A stretch of 64,000 nt of DNA from Octopus vulgaris (Eukaryota): the NCBI GenBank assembly GCA_951406725.2, contig OX597837.1:7192001-7256000 (forward strand), given 5' to 3'. The notes beneath the pieces are model-generated. The model did no database searches and was not told where the DNA came from. It was given only the letters and a program-made list of their open reading frames with translations. Numbering within the stretch: the first letter of the stretch is position 1; the number at the start of each line of letters is the position of its first letter. This document shows, piece after piece, positions 63,977 to 64,000 of the stretch. The position numbers were made by a program, and so were the translations under genes.

Positions 63977-64000
63977 TTATGTATATGAAAGGCTGGGAAA

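Overview
AT-rich, microsatellite-saturated eukaryotic DNA with no intact protein-coding gene; almost all ORFs in the supplied track are translations of (TA)n/(TG)n/(TAT)n repeats. The repeat content suggests an octopod cephalopod, probably Octopus (inference from repeat recognition only). Three tRNA-derived SINE families dominate. Also present are a full-length decayed DD34E Tc1 element with IR-DR ends (37243-38857), two deletion derivatives of a mariner-like family, a non-autonomous Helitron, a MITE with an 8-bp TSD, and 3' remnants of R4/Dong-like, RTE and Penelope (GIY-YIG) retroelements. The most interesting signal is a dispersed set of short inserts, mostly inside (TA)n tracts. Several carry minimal type I hammerhead ribozyme motifs (CUGANGA...GAAA-palindrome-UH), often with an unusually long helix II. 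Several form long fold-back hairpins followed by a short unpaired tail. One hammerhead lies in a 353-bp unit with 38-bp terminal redundancy, resembling a retrozyme. All alignments and folds were done by eye.
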